From Candidatus Micrarchaeota archaeon (GTDB lineage: Archaea > Micrarchaeota > Micrarchaeia > Micrarchaeales > Micrarchaeaceae), in contig JAGWGP010000001.1 of assembly GCA_028867285.1 (NCBI GenBank), positions 1 to 52,556 of the forward strand: DNA of 52,556 nt, written 5' to 3'. The first letter of the stretch is position 1. The number at the start of each line of letters is the position of its first letter. Below the pieces are notes generated by a model, which was not told the DNA's origin, did no database searches, and worked only from the letters and a program-made list of their open reading frames with translations. Below, piece by piece: positions 8,377 to 16,447 of the stretch. A program made the position numbers and the translations under genes.

Positions 8377-10173
8377 TCAGCGCCTCTTCTTCCTTGTCAA
8401 TGCGTACGCCGCTATGATTATGACTATTATCACAACCACTATGGCAGCGGCTGCGATGCCCGATCCAGTAGTCGGCTGCTGCGCTGCCTGCTGGACTGTT
8501 GTGGCTGCCACTGAGGTGGTGGCCGCGACCGTCGTAGGCGCAATGGTGGTGGTTGGCGCAGCCGTCTCATTTGTGTGCATTATGCCGACCACGGGGTCCT
8601 TCGGTATTGTGAACGTGAGGACGCACGACGTGGAGTTGGCGGTGTAGTTCGCTACTGCCATCCATGTGCCGTTCTTTAGCACGTACGGCGTCGGAACGTT
8701 ATGCACCCACGAGCACAGGAAAGGGAAGTTCACGGTTATGTTGCTGACCGTCGTGGCGTTTGCGCTGACATTGAATGCTACCAGCTTGATGAGTCCATTC
8801 GGCGCAGCCGGCGTAGATGCGGTCACGTTGCTAACAGTCACGTTGACGTTTGCTGTGCCCTGTCCTGCTGCGTTGACCACTAGGCTAGCGCCCATTGAGC
8901 TCACGTTTACCATGCCTGGCGAGGACCTTGATATCTTGACTGTTACAACGCCGCTCTTGTTGAGTATGGATGGTGCTACGGTGGTGGTGACGGTTGTCGG
9001 AACCGTAGTGGCGGCGGTGGTCGTTATAGAAGGCGCACCTCCGGCGGCCGTGCCGCCAGTTCCTAGAGAACCAACCTTGAGCGTGGTCGAGGTGGTGAAG
9101 TTTGTGTAGTTGGAGTTGCCCGCGTTCTTGAACAGTATGGTGTGCAGGCCGGACTGGGTCTCCTGGGTCCAGTTCGCGACAGAGGCGGTCTGGTTCATCA
9201 GGACGCCGTCAACATACAGGCTCCATGAGCTCTGGTTGTTGAGAGTGGCGGTTCCTGTGCAGGTGACCGTTGACCATGTATAATAGCCAACGAAGCCCGG
9301 GCTGGTGCACGAAGCGGTGAGCACCGAGTTCTTGGTTATCACAAGTGTGTTTGTTACGGCAGCAAGCGTGTATGGGGTTGAAGTGCCGGAGTCGAAGGCG
9401 TTGATGGTGTATATGAAGTTGCCGCTGGAGATGCCCCCATTGTTCTGCGCCTGCGCAATCATGTTGACCGTGTTGAATGTCTCTGCAGTGCCTATGAGCG
9501 TGTTCGGCACAGGACCGACGCTTACCCCATTGTTCACGAACCAGTTGAACGTGAATGTTCCGCTTCCGCCAGATACTACTGCGTTGATGGATATCAACCC
9601 GGAGCCGAACGGTATGCTGTTAGTCGCAACGCCGTTGGGTGCGTATATTATGACGTTCATGGTGGGCTGCTTGTTTATGGTCACCGCAGGTATCGATGTG
9701 GTCTTGAACGTGTTTGTGCCCATGACCTCGGATATGAACGCGTTGAACGCCCATGCCCCAGTTATGGTTGTCGCCGTGACCGTATTGCTGATCTGCGTGC
9801 CCGCAGTGTTGGAGGTAAGCGTGAGCTGGGTGTTGGAGAATGCGTTTACCCCGAGCACTATGTTGTTCGTGGCGTTGAGCAGGAAGTTTATGGTGTTTGC
9901 CTTCGGCACATTTGGCGCGTTGAACACCCAGTTCGCCAGATAAGGAGAGTTGCCGCCAGATATGCCGTTGATCGTTATGAATGTGTACTGCCCAACGTCT
10001 ATTATTGAATTGGATATCGTGTTTCCGGGAAGGGTGCCGCACGTGAGGGTTCCGGGCCCGGAGAGCTCAGTACCGGTGCAGACGATGTTTGTCGGGGTTG
10101 CGGCGAATGCCTGGGTGCCTATGAACACCGACAGTGTAAGCGCAATCAGCAGTATGGATAGTTTTGTTTTCAA
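8377..10173 (-). CDS. Cell-surface (S-layer-like) glycoprotein
   Basis: Signal peptide, Thr/Asn-rich beta domains, many N-x-S/T sequons, Thr-rich linkers, C-terminal TM helix followed by RKKRR. Confidence 0.8.
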   Translation of the reverse strand: MKTKLSILLIALTLSVFIGTQAFAATPTNIVCTGTELSGPGTLTCGTLPGNTISNSIIDVGQYTFITINGISGGNSPYLANWVFNAPNVPKANTINFLLNATNNIVLGVNAFSNTQLTLTSNTAGTQISNTVTATTITGAWAFNAFISEVMGTNTFKTTSIPAVTINKQPTMNVIIYAPNGVATNSIPFGSGLISINAVVSGGSGTFTFNWFVNNGVSVGPVPNTLIGTAETFNTVNMIAQAQNNGGISSGNFIYTINAFDSGTSTPYTLAAVTNTLVITKNSVLTASCTSPGFVGYYTWSTVTCTGTATLNNQSSWSLYVDGVLMNQTASVANWTQETQSGLHTILFKNAGNSNYTNFTTSTTLKVGSLGTGGTAAGGAPSITTTAATTVPTTVTTTVAPSILNKSGVVTVKISRSSPGMVNVSSMGASLVVNAAGQGTANVNVTVSNVTASTPAAPNGLIKLVAFNVSANATTVSNITVNFPFLCSWVHNVPTPYVLKNGTWMAVANYTANSTSCVLTFTIPKDPVVGIMHTNETAAPTTTIAPTTVAATTSVAATTVQQAAQQPTTGSGIAAAAIVVVIIVIIIAAYALTRKKRR

Positions 10174-10373
10174 TCAATCACGGCAATCAGAATGAATGTG
10201 ATACGAAAAGAAGGTATAAAAAGGCTCCCTTATTTGATGAATACGTAATCAAATTTGGGCCCCTTTTTTAGAGATTTTGTATATGGACTTTTTAAGGCTT
10301 AAGTATCAGGCCGTAGGCTGGTGCATGGATAAAAAGATGGGGCAGGGCGAACGCCCTGCTTTTAAAAAAGAGT

Positions 10374-11243
10374 TCAGCAGTTGGTGAAGTACTGAGGGTA
10401 CTGCACGCACAGATATGGGTTGCTGCCCAGCCATGCTATCGGGTTGCCGAAGGCGGCCTGCTGCTCCGAGTAGTTCAGGATCTGGGAGTATCCGCTGGAC
10501 CTGAAGGCGCTTATCACGCACTGCGGCGAGCTCGCCGGGTCTACCGGGTAGGTGCAGCCTATGGAGGGCGTGCCCGAGGGGGCCCAACCCATGCTGCTCC
10601 AGTTGCCCATAGGGAACCCGTGGTGAACCAGGGCGCCCACGAACGCTGCGGCTATCCCGCCTATGACCACGAATATTATCGCGCCAAGGGTGAATATAGA
10701 CAGCAGGTAGGTCCCTACGGCCTGCTTGTAGTTTATGCCCTGCTGCTTCGACAGGCTTATTATGAGCACTATTATGCTCCATATCCCGGCGAGTATCTGC
10801 ACAGCCACGCCCACGAAGGGTATGCCGAGCAGCCAGAACAGCAGAAGCGACGGCATTATGCCGTGCACGAATGCGTTGAACGTCCTGGAGTAGTCCTTCT
10901 TGACCAGGTCGAACAGTATCTTTGAGAACAGCTGGTATATGCCCGCGGATATCAGGAGCGATATAGGGGATATGACGAACAGCATCAGGGCAGGCAGGCC
11001 TATTGCGCCGGCCGCGCCGAGGGCAAGGTTGCCCCCAACAAGGCCCGATGCCTGGCCGCCAACGGTCCTGAACGTCCCTATCGAGAAGTACAGTATGAGG
11101 TTGACTACCAGGGCCACCACGAAAATCGGTATCGCTGTGCCGTAATAGAACCTGAGTGTCTGCTCCACAGACATTGGTTTTGTGTTCCTGCTCGGGTGTC
11201 TTACCGACTCCAGAGCCATCCATAAGGATTTCTTTATGTCCAT
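10374..11243 (-). CDS. Yip1-domain membrane protein
   Basis: SVRHP N-terminus, five TM segments, YSRTFNAF, WLLGIPFVG and WSIIVLIISL..QGI..KQA; Cys-containing C-terminal tail. Confidence 0.75.
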   Translation of the reverse strand: MDIKKSLWMALESVRHPSRNTKPMSVEQTLRFYYGTAIPIFVVALVVNLILYFSIGTFRTVGGQASGLVGGNLALGAAGAIGLPALMLFVISPISLLISAGIYQLFSKILFDLVKKDYSRTFNAFVHGIMPSLLLFWLLGIPFVGVAVQILAGIWSIIVLIISLSKQQGINYKQAVGTYLLSIFTLGAIIFVVIGGIAAAFVGALVHHGFPMGNWSSMGWAPSGTPSIGCTYPVDPASSPQCVISAFRSSGYSQILNYSEQQAAFGNPIAWLGSNPYLCVQYPQYFTNC

Positions 11244-11370
11244 CGTCTCATCCTTTCTCGGCCTAAGCCAGTTATCAATGGTTTGATAGGCTTTAAATCC
11301 TTTTGCATAGGCGACGCCATGGCGCCGAAGGGGCAGTAATTTTAATGTTAGCCCATAAATGTATTGGCAG

Positions 11371-11443
11371 GGGGACGTACGCTAACCTGGCAGACTTCCG
11401 CGTTCGGGTCGCGGCTATCCGAGTTCAAATCTCGGCGTCCCCA
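11371..11443 (+). tRNA. tRNA-Pro(CGG)
   Basis: Acceptor GGGGACG/CGTCCCC-A, anticodon arm CCGCG-TT-CGG-GT-CGCGG, T-loop TTCAAAT; weak D-stem. Confidence 0.9.
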
Positions 11444-11489
11444 TCTTATATGTTTAATAGTCTTGGCTGAGCAGTGGGTGTGTGGTGGG

Positions 11490-12266
11490 ATGGGCGTACT
11501 CGAGCTGTTCAAGCTGAATGGGAGGTCGGGTATAGTAACCGGTGTCTCGAGCGGGCTAGGGGTGGCGTTCGCCACCGCGCTGGCCGAGGCCGGAGCGGAC
11601 CTTGTGGTATGCGCCAGGAGAGAGGACAGGCTGCGCGCCAATGCCGAGATGATATCAAAGGCTACAGGCAGGCGGATAGTGCCGGTGGCTTGCGACATGG
11701 GCAACGAGGGAGACGTGATCAACCTCGTTGAGCGTGCGGAGAAGGAGTTCGGCAAGATAGACATACTCGTCAACAACGCCGGCACGGCCGTGGCGAAGCC
11801 CGAGACAGAGATAACGGACGAGGAGTGGAAGGCGGTGATGGAGGTGAACCTCAACGGCGTGTTCAGGTGCTGCAGGGAGGTCTCCAAGCGCATGATTACT
11901 GACAAGACCAAGGGCAGCATAATAAACATAGATTCGATTTACGGCGTGCACGGGGACATGATACCCGCCCTGCCCTATTACTCTTCTAAGGGCGGCGTGG
12001 CCAACATGACTAGGGCGCTTGCGGTTGAGCTCGCGCCTCATGGGATCAGGGTAAACGCGATAGCGCCGGGCTTCTTCCCGAGCGAGATGACCACGCCAGT
12101 GTTCCAGAACCAGGCGATGCTGGACCACATAAAGACCAGGACGCCGATGGGCAGGCTCGGAGAGCCTTGGGAGCTCGCGGGTGCGACGGTGTTGCTGGCA
12201 TCCGACGCGGGCAGCTATATAACAGGGCACATACTTCTTGTCGACGGCGGATGGGACGCCAACTAG
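11490..12266 (+). CDS. Short-chain dehydrogenase/reductase (gluconate 5-DH/FabG-like)
   Basis: TGVSSGLG, LVNNAG, YYSSKGG, VNAIAPG. True start lies downstream of tRNA-Pro. Confidence 0.93.
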   Translation: MGVLELFKLNGRSGIVTGVSSGLGVAFATALAEAGADLVVCARREDRLRANAEMISKATGRRIVPVACDMGNEGDVINLVERAEKEFGKIDILVNNAGTAVAKPETEITDEEWKAVMEVNLNGVFRCCREVSKRMITDKTKGSIINIDSIYGVHGDMIPALPYYSSKGGVANMTRALAVELAPHGIRVNAIAPGFFPSEMTTPVFQNQAMLDHIKTRTPMGRLGEPWELAGATVLLASDAGSYITGHILLVDGGWDAN

Positions 12267-12749
12267 TCAGATCAGCTTGAGGTCAAGGAGATATCTCCTG
12301 TTCTTCGTGCCGCTGATGTACATCTCCGTTACCTTTATTTTGTAGAACCTCAGGGATGCGGTGCCTGCGAGTTCCGATGGCGGATACCTCTTGAGGGGAT
12401 CCATCTTCGAATCAGGGAACTGCTTCTTTGCGTATAACTTTATCGCCTCCTTCAGCGCCTCGTTGAACGGCATCAGAGTGGCCGTTCCCTCCGCCTGTAT
12501 GCTCTCCGCCCTTCCCATAGGCTGGTTGGAGTCGAATATTACAAAGGACACCTTAGGGTTGGCGGACACGTTCTCCGAGTGCCTCGAGTCCATGGCGGAC
12601 AGGAAGTAGAATTCATACTTGCTGCTGTATGCGTAATAGACGACAGCTGCCCAGGGGCTCCTGTCCAGGTCGCTGGTCGAGAGCACCATGTACCTGTTGC
12701 CCTCAAGTATCTCCCTAGCAGAGTCCTCGTGGCTCTTGGCGGCTGCCAT
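12267..12749 (-). CDS. Pyridoxamine 5'-phosphate oxidase-like FMN-binding protein
   Basis: MVLST..PW...YY, FLSxxxSRHSEN...NPKVSFVI. Confidence 0.85.
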   Translation of the reverse strand: MAAAKSHEDSAREILEGNRYMVLSTSDLDRSPWAAVVYYAYSSKYEFYFLSAMDSRHSENVSANPKVSFVIFDSNQPMGRAESIQAEGTATLMPFNEALKEAIKLYAKKQFPDSKMDPLKRYPPSELAGTASLRFYKIKVTEMYISGTKNRRYLLDLKLI

Positions 12750-12846
12750 GGTAGTGCATCTCTGCGCATCTTTATATTGCTTAGCGATTTGCGCCTCCTG
12801 AATTTAAATAACTTCTTTCGGATATATGAGGGACCAGTCTGATGAT

Positions 12847-13875
12847 ATGAGAGCTAGCGCAGTCTTGCTTTGCATGATGATCTTTGTCGGTACGCCGGCA
12901 TTAGCCTCGGCGCTAAGCCAGAACGGATACCTTCCTGGCAACGCCGCCAACTACACGTCCAACGTGGTTACGATAAGCTTCACCGGCTCCGGGGTGTGCG
13001 AGTTCAACGGGACCGCGGTGGATACGCAGGAGCCCGATAACGAATCGGAGAGCAGCTACTGCGAGATAGGGGTGGGCGAGGACACGAGCCAGGGATACCC
13101 GCTCTGGATACTCATACCCGCGTTCAGCGGCACGTCGATATTCGGCATAAACACGCTGGGGGCTTCTGCGCAGGGGCTTCCTGTTTACAACGGCAACGTG
13201 ATGGGAGTAGAGTGCGGGCCAGGCGGCACTGTGGCCTCATGCCCGGACCATCCGGAGTACTCCTATTCGCCGATGTGGGTGGGGATTGAGCAATCCTCAG
13301 GCATTTACAACGGGATATTCGGGCTGCCCGAGGGCGTGCTCCCGGTTCCCGGACACACCCACGCCAACGAGGATAGCTACCTAGGAAACACAGGCAAGTG
13401 GTATATAATACCGGTCTTCGTGCTCGATCCCAACGTCATGCCCAACGCCACCACAGGTTCGTGCTCCAGGCTGGCCCCGTCTAACCTCACCAACTCCACG
13501 AGCAACTGCCTCGACTCGTTCGGCGACATATTCAGGGCGATGACGACCTCGAGCTCGGCTGTCGCGAACGCGAACAGCGGAAACCCGATATGGGGAATGT
13601 TCGGAAACACAACGCTGCAGGCGGTGGTGCCGGGCCTTACCCCAGGATTGTCGGTGGTTAACCCTGCCACGGGCACGCAGATAGCGTTCGCAACCAACCA
13701 GCTCAACTACTATGTGGGCGAGCCGCTTAACACTAGCGCGATAAACCAGCCTGCGCAGAGCAACAGGCAGCCCGGTAGCTCTGCACTGACGACACAGATG
13801 GCCATCGTACTGATAGCCGCCATACTGGTAGCTGGCGGGATTGTGGCGCTTGAGAGGAGGCTCAGGGGCGGTTAG
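12847..13875 (+). CDS. Secreted/membrane-anchored hypothetical protein
   Basis: Signal peptide, several Cys, CPDHP and PGHTH motifs, sequons, C-terminal TM followed by ERRLR. Confidence 0.75.
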   Translation: MRASAVLLCMMIFVGTPALASALSQNGYLPGNAANYTSNVVTISFTGSGVCEFNGTAVDTQEPDNESESSYCEIGVGEDTSQGYPLWILIPAFSGTSIFGINTLGASAQGLPVYNGNVMGVECGPGGTVASCPDHPEYSYSPMWVGIEQSSGIYNGIFGLPEGVLPVPGHTHANEDSYLGNTGKWYIIPVFVLDPNVMPNATTGSCSRLAPSNLTNSTSNCLDSFGDIFRAMTTSSSAVANANSGNPIWGMFGNTTLQAVVPGLTPGLSVVNPATGTQIAFATNQLNYYVGEPLNTSAINQPAQSNRQPGSSALTTQMAIVLIAAILVAGGIVALERRLRGG

Positions 13876-14173
13876 CCCTGCTTACTAGCTGGTAGAGCAG
13901 CTCCTCATTGTCGCCCTCCGCCGCCTTGAAGCTCCTTCTGGCCCAGCACCTCATGCACACGTAATGTATGGTGAACCCCTTCCTGTCTGAGGATGCCCCG
14001 ACGGGCTTCATCATGCCGTGGCACGCCTCCTTCCTGTCCCCCGGGTTGATGTCCACGTGCATCGAGTAGAGGCATTTGGGGCAGTGGTCTGTGTAGCCTG
14101 TGCCCATCACCTTTGCGCCGCAGTTGGCGCACTCGAAGTCCTCCTTCCTCCTTGAGAAGCGTTTTTGATCCAT
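13862..14173 (-). CDS. RNHCP-domain zinc-binding protein
   Basis: FECANCG, YTDHCPKCLYSMHVDINPGDR..CHG.M.P, CMRC. Confidence 0.88.
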   Translation of the reverse strand: MDQKRFSRRKEDFECANCGAKVMGTGYTDHCPKCLYSMHVDINPGDRKEACHGMMKPVGASSDRKGFTIHYVCMRCWARRSFKAAEGDNEELLYQLVSRANRP

Positions 14174-14265
14174 ATGGGCCACGTTGCTGACGTTATTTTT
14201 TACCGAGAGCAGGTTTTATATTCCTTTGTAGCCCAATATATTATGCTTATACTCAGGGTGTGGAA

Positions 14266-15009
14266 ATGTTCGAGCTGAAGATAGATGATGCAAGGTACTG
14301 GAAGACGTGCGTTGACTCGATTGTCAGCCTTATAGACGAGGGCTCATTCAACATAACCAAGGAGGGCATATCCCTCAAGGCGATGGACCCGTCCGGGATA
14401 AGCATGGTCTCATTCTCGATGCCGAACAAGGCATTCTCGAAGTACGAGCTCGACAAGACGGCGACCGTAGGCCTGAACCTGGAGAACCTTAGCAAGATAC
14501 TGGCCAGCTCCAGGAACAACGAGCAGCTGGTGATGAAGGAGAGCGGAAACAAGTTCTCCATAGAGTTCATAGGCGCCAACAGCAGGAGGCGCTACAAGCT
14601 CCCGATGATAGACGTCAAGAAGGACGCCGACAAGGAGCCGAAGGTGGAGTTCGACGCGCATGTGGAGCTCAAGTCCGACTCGCTCAAGGAGATCCTGAAG
14701 GACGCCACCCTGCTTTCCACTTACATAGGCTTCAAGACCGAGAAGGACTCGTTCCTGGTCCTGGCAAAGGGGGACGCCGGGGAGCTGGAGGAGGAGCACA
14801 TGAACAACGCCGAGGTGGTCAAGAAGATAACGGTGAGCAAGAGCTCCTCTGCCACGTTCAACCTCGATTACCTGGACAGGATGATAAGCGCGTCGCCGCC
14901 CAATTCCTCCATCAACCTCTCTATAAAGACGGAGGAGCCGATAAAGATAGAGTACAAGATTGGCGATGCGAGCGTCACCTACTACCTGGCCCCGTACATG
15001 GAGAGCTGA
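14266..15009 (+). CDS. pcn: Proliferating cell nuclear antigen (sliding clamp)
   Basis: LKAMDPSGISMV, C-terminal YYLAP, typical ~247-aa length. Confidence 0.96.
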   Translation: MFELKIDDARYWKTCVDSIVSLIDEGSFNITKEGISLKAMDPSGISMVSFSMPNKAFSKYELDKTATVGLNLENLSKILASSRNNEQLVMKESGNKFSIEFIGANSRRRYKLPMIDVKKDADKEPKVEFDAHVELKSDSLKEILKDATLLSTYIGFKTEKDSFLVLAKGDAGELEEEHMNNAEVVKKITVSKSSSATFNLDYLDRMISASPPNSSINLSIKTEEPIKIEYKIGDASVTYYLAPYMES

Positions 15010-15055
15010 GCAAAAGAAGGGATAAATAACCATACTCCCATCTAATCCTGATTAA

Positions 15056-15577
15056 ATGACGGTTCTTGTGTTCGTCACCCCAAAGGGGTTCAGGGACGAG
15101 TCGCTCAACGCTGTCAAGCTGTTCCTGAGCAAATGGGGGGTTGGCTACAAGATAGCGAGCTACACGGGCCACGAGTGCACGGGAAGCCACGGGGCGGTGG
15201 TGAAGCCAGACGTCCACGGCACGAAGATCTCGGCGCAGGACTACACCGGCTTGGTGATAGTGGACGGCGAGGGGATAGAGGGCTACAAGATATACGAGTA
15301 CAGGCCCATGCTCGACCTGGTGCTGAACTTCAACAACTCGAGGAAGCCCATAATAGCCATAGGAAACGCGATAAAGGTGCCTTCAAGGGCCAACGTAATA
15401 ATGGGCAAGAAGGTTTCAATCACGCATGATGCGGAGGCGAACCGCCTGCTGATGCTGTTTCACGGGATACCGTCGAAGGAGCCCTTCGAGGTGGCCGACA
15501 ACCTGGTGACCATAGGGAGGCCGGAGGACATAGCCGCGTCCATGCCTAAGGTCCTGGAGCTGATAAGCATCGGCTGA
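15056..15577 (+). CDS. DJ-1/PfpI-family protein lacking the nucleophilic Cys
   Basis: GFRDES, GSHGAVVKPD, KPIIAIGNA (normally AICHG), DNLVT. Confidence 0.8.
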   Translation: MTVLVFVTPKGFRDESLNAVKLFLSKWGVGYKIASYTGHECTGSHGAVVKPDVHGTKISAQDYTGLVIVDGEGIEGYKIYEYRPMLDLVLNFNNSRKPIIAIGNAIKVPSRANVIMGKKVSITHDAEANRLLMLFHGIPSKEPFEVADNLVTIGRPEDIAASMPKVLELISIG

Positions 15578-15590
15578 CCTGGTGCTGTTC

Positions 15591-15896
15591 ATGGAGGAAG
15601 AGAGGGCCGCGCTCACAAGGAGGATAGCAGGCGAGAGGATATCGATACTTTTCGGGCTGGCCGAGGATAACCAGCTGGGGAGGCCAGAACTGGCGGACAG
15701 GTACTCGCACCTCATAAGGGAGATAGCGATGCACTACAGGATAAAGCTCCAGCAGAGGGTCTCGGCACAAATCTGCAGGGGGTGCGGGGCGTTCCTCGTC
15801 CCTGGAAGAACTGCGTGGGTGAGGATAGTGGCCAAGCAGAGGCTGAGGATACTAAGATGCACGCGCTGCGGCAGGGAAAAGAAACTGTACTACTAG
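15591..15896 (+). CDS. rnp4: RNase P protein component 4 (Rpp21)
   Basis: IAxERIxILF, LADRY, ICRGCGAFLVPG, CTRCG. Confidence 0.9.
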   Translation: MEEERAALTRRIAGERISILFGLAEDNQLGRPELADRYSHLIREIAMHYRIKLQQRVSAQICRGCGAFLVPGRTAWVRIVAKQRLRILRCTRCGREKKLYY

Positions 15897-16288
15897 AATT
15901 TCAGCAGCTCCACAAGCCTCTTGGCTTCTGAGGCCGTTATCTCCTTGTGCCTGGAGAACCCGTCGGGCTCCTTGGAGTAGATGGGCAGCACGTGTATGTG
16001 GAAGTGGAATATTATCTGCCCTGCCCCCTTCCCTATGTTGGTGGATATCCTCATGCTGTCCGCACCGAGCTTCTCCCTTTGCATTATGGCCACCTTCTTA
16101 GCTATGGAGAATGCACTGCCGATTGTGGCGTCGTCGGATTCCAGCATGTCCTTTACGTGCTTCTTGGTTATGACAAGGACATGCCCCTTCGCGGATGGAA
16201 ACCTGTCAGGGACCACGAATACCTCGTCGTCCTGATAGATGAACGACTCCTTGGCCGTGTCCCTCACGTTGCAGAATATGCAGTCCAT
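15893..16288 (-). CDS. HIT-family nucleotide hydrolase
   Basis: DCIFC, GHVLVI, GQIIFHFHIHVLP histidine triad. Confidence 0.95.
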   Translation of the reverse strand: MDCIFCNVRDTAKESFIYQDDEVFVVPDRFPSAKGHVLVITKKHVKDMLESDDATIGSAFSIAKKVAIMQREKLGADSMRISTNIGKGAGQIIFHFHIHVLPIYSKEPDGFSRHKEITASEAKRLVELLKF

Positions 16289-16340
16289 GATGTAATATGC
16301 ACTCCAAGGTTTATAAGTTTGCGCAGGAGTAGAAAATGAA

Positions 16341-16415
16341 TGGGCCTGGTGAGATTTGAACTCACGACATCTGGCTTATAAGACCAGCGCTCTAACCATG
16401 CTGAGCTACAAGCCC
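16341..16415 (-). tRNA. tRNA-Ile(UAU)
   Basis: GGGCTTG/CAGGCCC-A acceptor, GCTC/GAGC D-stem, CTGGT-CT-TAT-AA-GCCAG anticodon arm, TTCAAAT T-loop. Confidence 0.93.
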
Positions 16416-16447
16416 CTGATTAATTTTCGTCGGAAAGGTATTAAGCA

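Noticed and set aside
8470..9040. Thr/Ala-rich repeated codons as a DNA repeat or CRISPR array
   Set aside because: Low-complexity protein linkers; no repeat-spacer periodicity seen anywhere in the window
11364..11489. N-terminal extension of the SDR ORF
   Set aside because: Overlaps tRNA-Pro; the SDR fold begins at ATG 11490
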